Position numbers and translations under genes: made by a program. A stretch of DNA of 63,232 nt, counting the filler, from Rhabdomonas costata (Eukaryota): assembly GCA_019059605.1 (NCBI GenBank). It is 51 parts of 51 records of this genome, joined end to end, with 100 filler letters (N's around TTAATTAATTAA, not from the genome) between each part and the next. Parts side by side here need not be neighbours in the genome. Positions count along the whole stretch, not along the records: positions 60,854 to 61,994 come from JAHMHO010026556.1; positions 62,095 to 63,232 come from JAHMHO010026557.1; 49 more parts are not named here. One strand, given 5' to 3'. Positions 61,406-63,232 of the stretch are shown here, piece by piece; positions within the stretch are counted from its first letter, which is position 1, and every line of letters begins with the position of its first letter. A model generated the notes under the pieces. That model saw only the letters and a program-made list of their open reading frames with translations. It ran no database searches and was not told the origin of the DNA.

Positions 61406-63232
61406 AATGTCGTCATATGGGGCGCGTCACGTCAAAAGTGAGAGTTGCAGCCGAAAGGGTAATTTTGCATAAACTGACCAACCTCAAGGCGAGATGTGGT
61501 GACACTCACAAGGTCGTTTTGATGTCCGGAAAAGGCTGATAAGTTCCTGAAACACCCCATAAAGTCGCGCTCACTAAGAGAGAACCGCGTAGCCTTTTCA
61601 GTGCGTTTGCAAAGATACCTGCTCCCAACCACCATGCTTTTTACAAACATTCCACAACAAAACAATTGCTAGGAAATATCGCTAGTAAGGTAAAAAAAAC
61701 TCCTCCTTTAAAATATATCTCAAAAACTCTCCCTTTTATAGTGGCGCGGACGACAATTCCCCCTCCCGCGACCTTGCTGAGCATAACGGAAGGCTGCATT
61801 TCAACACAAAAACACCAGGTAACAACTAAACAGGATCTCAGGCGCGTTCGTGCACCAAGGTTATCTGCAGCTGCAACACACACCAAATAAAAACTCGACG
61901 GCCCCGTCATTGCAAATTACAACAACAACAGGAGGACATCCTTTTTCCTGCACCTGAAGGAAAATCCGGGGGAGAAGGATCGGCAAACACCAAGNNNNNN
62001 NNNNNNNNNNNNNNNNNNNNNNNNNNNNNNNNNNNNNNTTAATTAATTAANNNNNNNNNNNNNNNNNNNNNNNNNNNNNNNNNNNNNNNNNNNNGGTGTG
62101 TGGTGTAATGAAATAGGCGTCTGTGGGAGGTGTGTTTGGGGGGGCGGGGAAGTAGGGGCTTCCTCATTTTTCACTTTCCTTCCCAACTCACCAGCTGGTT
62201 TGGGTCATCGCACTCCATTAAACTTAGATTTCGTCTCCTTCTTTTTGCATTGGGCAAGAGCTCCGTGCACATGCCCGTGCACATGCACGTGCCCGGGAGC
62301 ACGAAATGACACACTGCCAAAAATCCGAACCACTCTTGAAACCACGGTTTCAATCTGTCACCCAAGGTCGAAAGTCCAACAGAGTCATTGCACTCCGAGG
62401 GGTTCATACCCTCTAGGTCACCTTTCTCGTCACTGCCGATGCCAAAAGGGAATGCCTATCGCGCGTGCCATCGTGAAAAGCTTGTTGTTTTCCAGGTGGC
62501 ACAAATCTTGGGCGACCGGCCCAACCCTAACAAACTCATGGTGTGAAAAAGCGAAGGGCTTCATTGGTGTTCTCCGCTTCATGTCCTCTGCATCCTCCAG
62601 ATGCATCCATCTCGCAAGGGACCCGAGCCAGAGGTGTGGACGGGAGGACAGGCCACGCCTAAGGGGCAGCGCTTCCAGAAGAATCCTCTGCAGAACCGCC
62701 GAGGTCATCGAGGCGCAGCGCCTGGGGTGCCTCCTCCTCGACTTGGAGGGCGTCCGAGAAGTTCTGCCTGGAGGAGGAGGAGGAGGAGAACAGCCCCTCT
62801 AGGGTCGGAGGCTGACGAATGGCGGCGGTCAGGATGGCGCCCATACGGCGCTGTTGTCCGTGACCCACCTGCGTGTATTCCATCAAAAGCACGGCAAGCC
62901 CAGTGATTCGTGGGAGTTCCATTTCAGGTTTGCAGGTGGTTTGTGGCTTCGCTGAAGACGTCTAGGTTCTTAATTCTGTTTTCGCAATGAGATACTCAAT
63001 GATCATCCAAATCAAGCCTCGCAAAAAACCGCATGCTGGGGCTGCTGGGGCAAAAAACTGTATGGGGCTGCTACAGGTGCATGGGACAGAAGTGGGAGCT
63101 AAAAAAACTTGCAAGAAGCGGTGGCAAAACCCTTCATCGCTTGCTCGCGCGCTCGCACACCTGGACCACATCTTGTGGCAAACCCAGGGCCCGTCGTGGC
63201 CCCCTCCCCCCACCCCCAAACACACCCGACAC

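Noticed and set aside
62098-62802. Long ORFs such as 62098-62802, 7813-8385, 16365-16991, 30302-31006 and most of 59683-60516
   Set aside because: No recognisable motifs; they are antisense to real exons, read through introns, or are chance ORFs.
1-63232. Operon or gene-cluster interpretation (e.g. kinase + cyclase + methyltransferase)
   Set aside because: The genes lie on separate contigs ordered by size, so there is no real linkage.
1-63232. rRNA, tRNA, spliced-leader or snRNA genes
   Set aside because: None recognised by eye; divergent ones could be missed without covariance-model searches.

Overview
This window is not contiguous DNA. It consists of 51 unrelated contigs of about 1.14 kb joined by 50 artificial ~100-nt linkers (about 44 N, TTAATTAATTAA, about 44 N), so adjacency across linkers means nothing and most long ORFs in the track are spurious. 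The DNA is eukaryotic and rich in spliceosomal introns (GT-AG, at least one GC-AG). The PKA catalytic-subunit exons and the cytochrome b N-terminus look euglenozoan from memory, and the introns favour a euglenid or diplonemid over a kinetoplastid. Contig ends carry G/T-only primer footprints and fold-back hairpins typical of PCR-based whole-genome amplification. Recognisable content: exons of PKA-C, glycyl-tRNA synthetase, DHX8/Prp22, cullin, MORN, DnaJ, GNAT, GT77-type transferase, O-methyltransferase, an APH/EcK kinase and several Cache/HAMP/cyclase receptors; decayed Ty3/gypsy and Tc1/mariner elements; and a TA-flanked MITE. The most unusual contig (1244-2385) carries GC-rich mitochondrial-type genes (nad4, cob, possibly nad5) in a collinear but internally abbreviated form. 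It has in-frame TAG codons at positions where Tyr is expected and several gaps that inserting U alone would repair. A deletion-decayed NUMT or an amplification artefact remain live alternatives.
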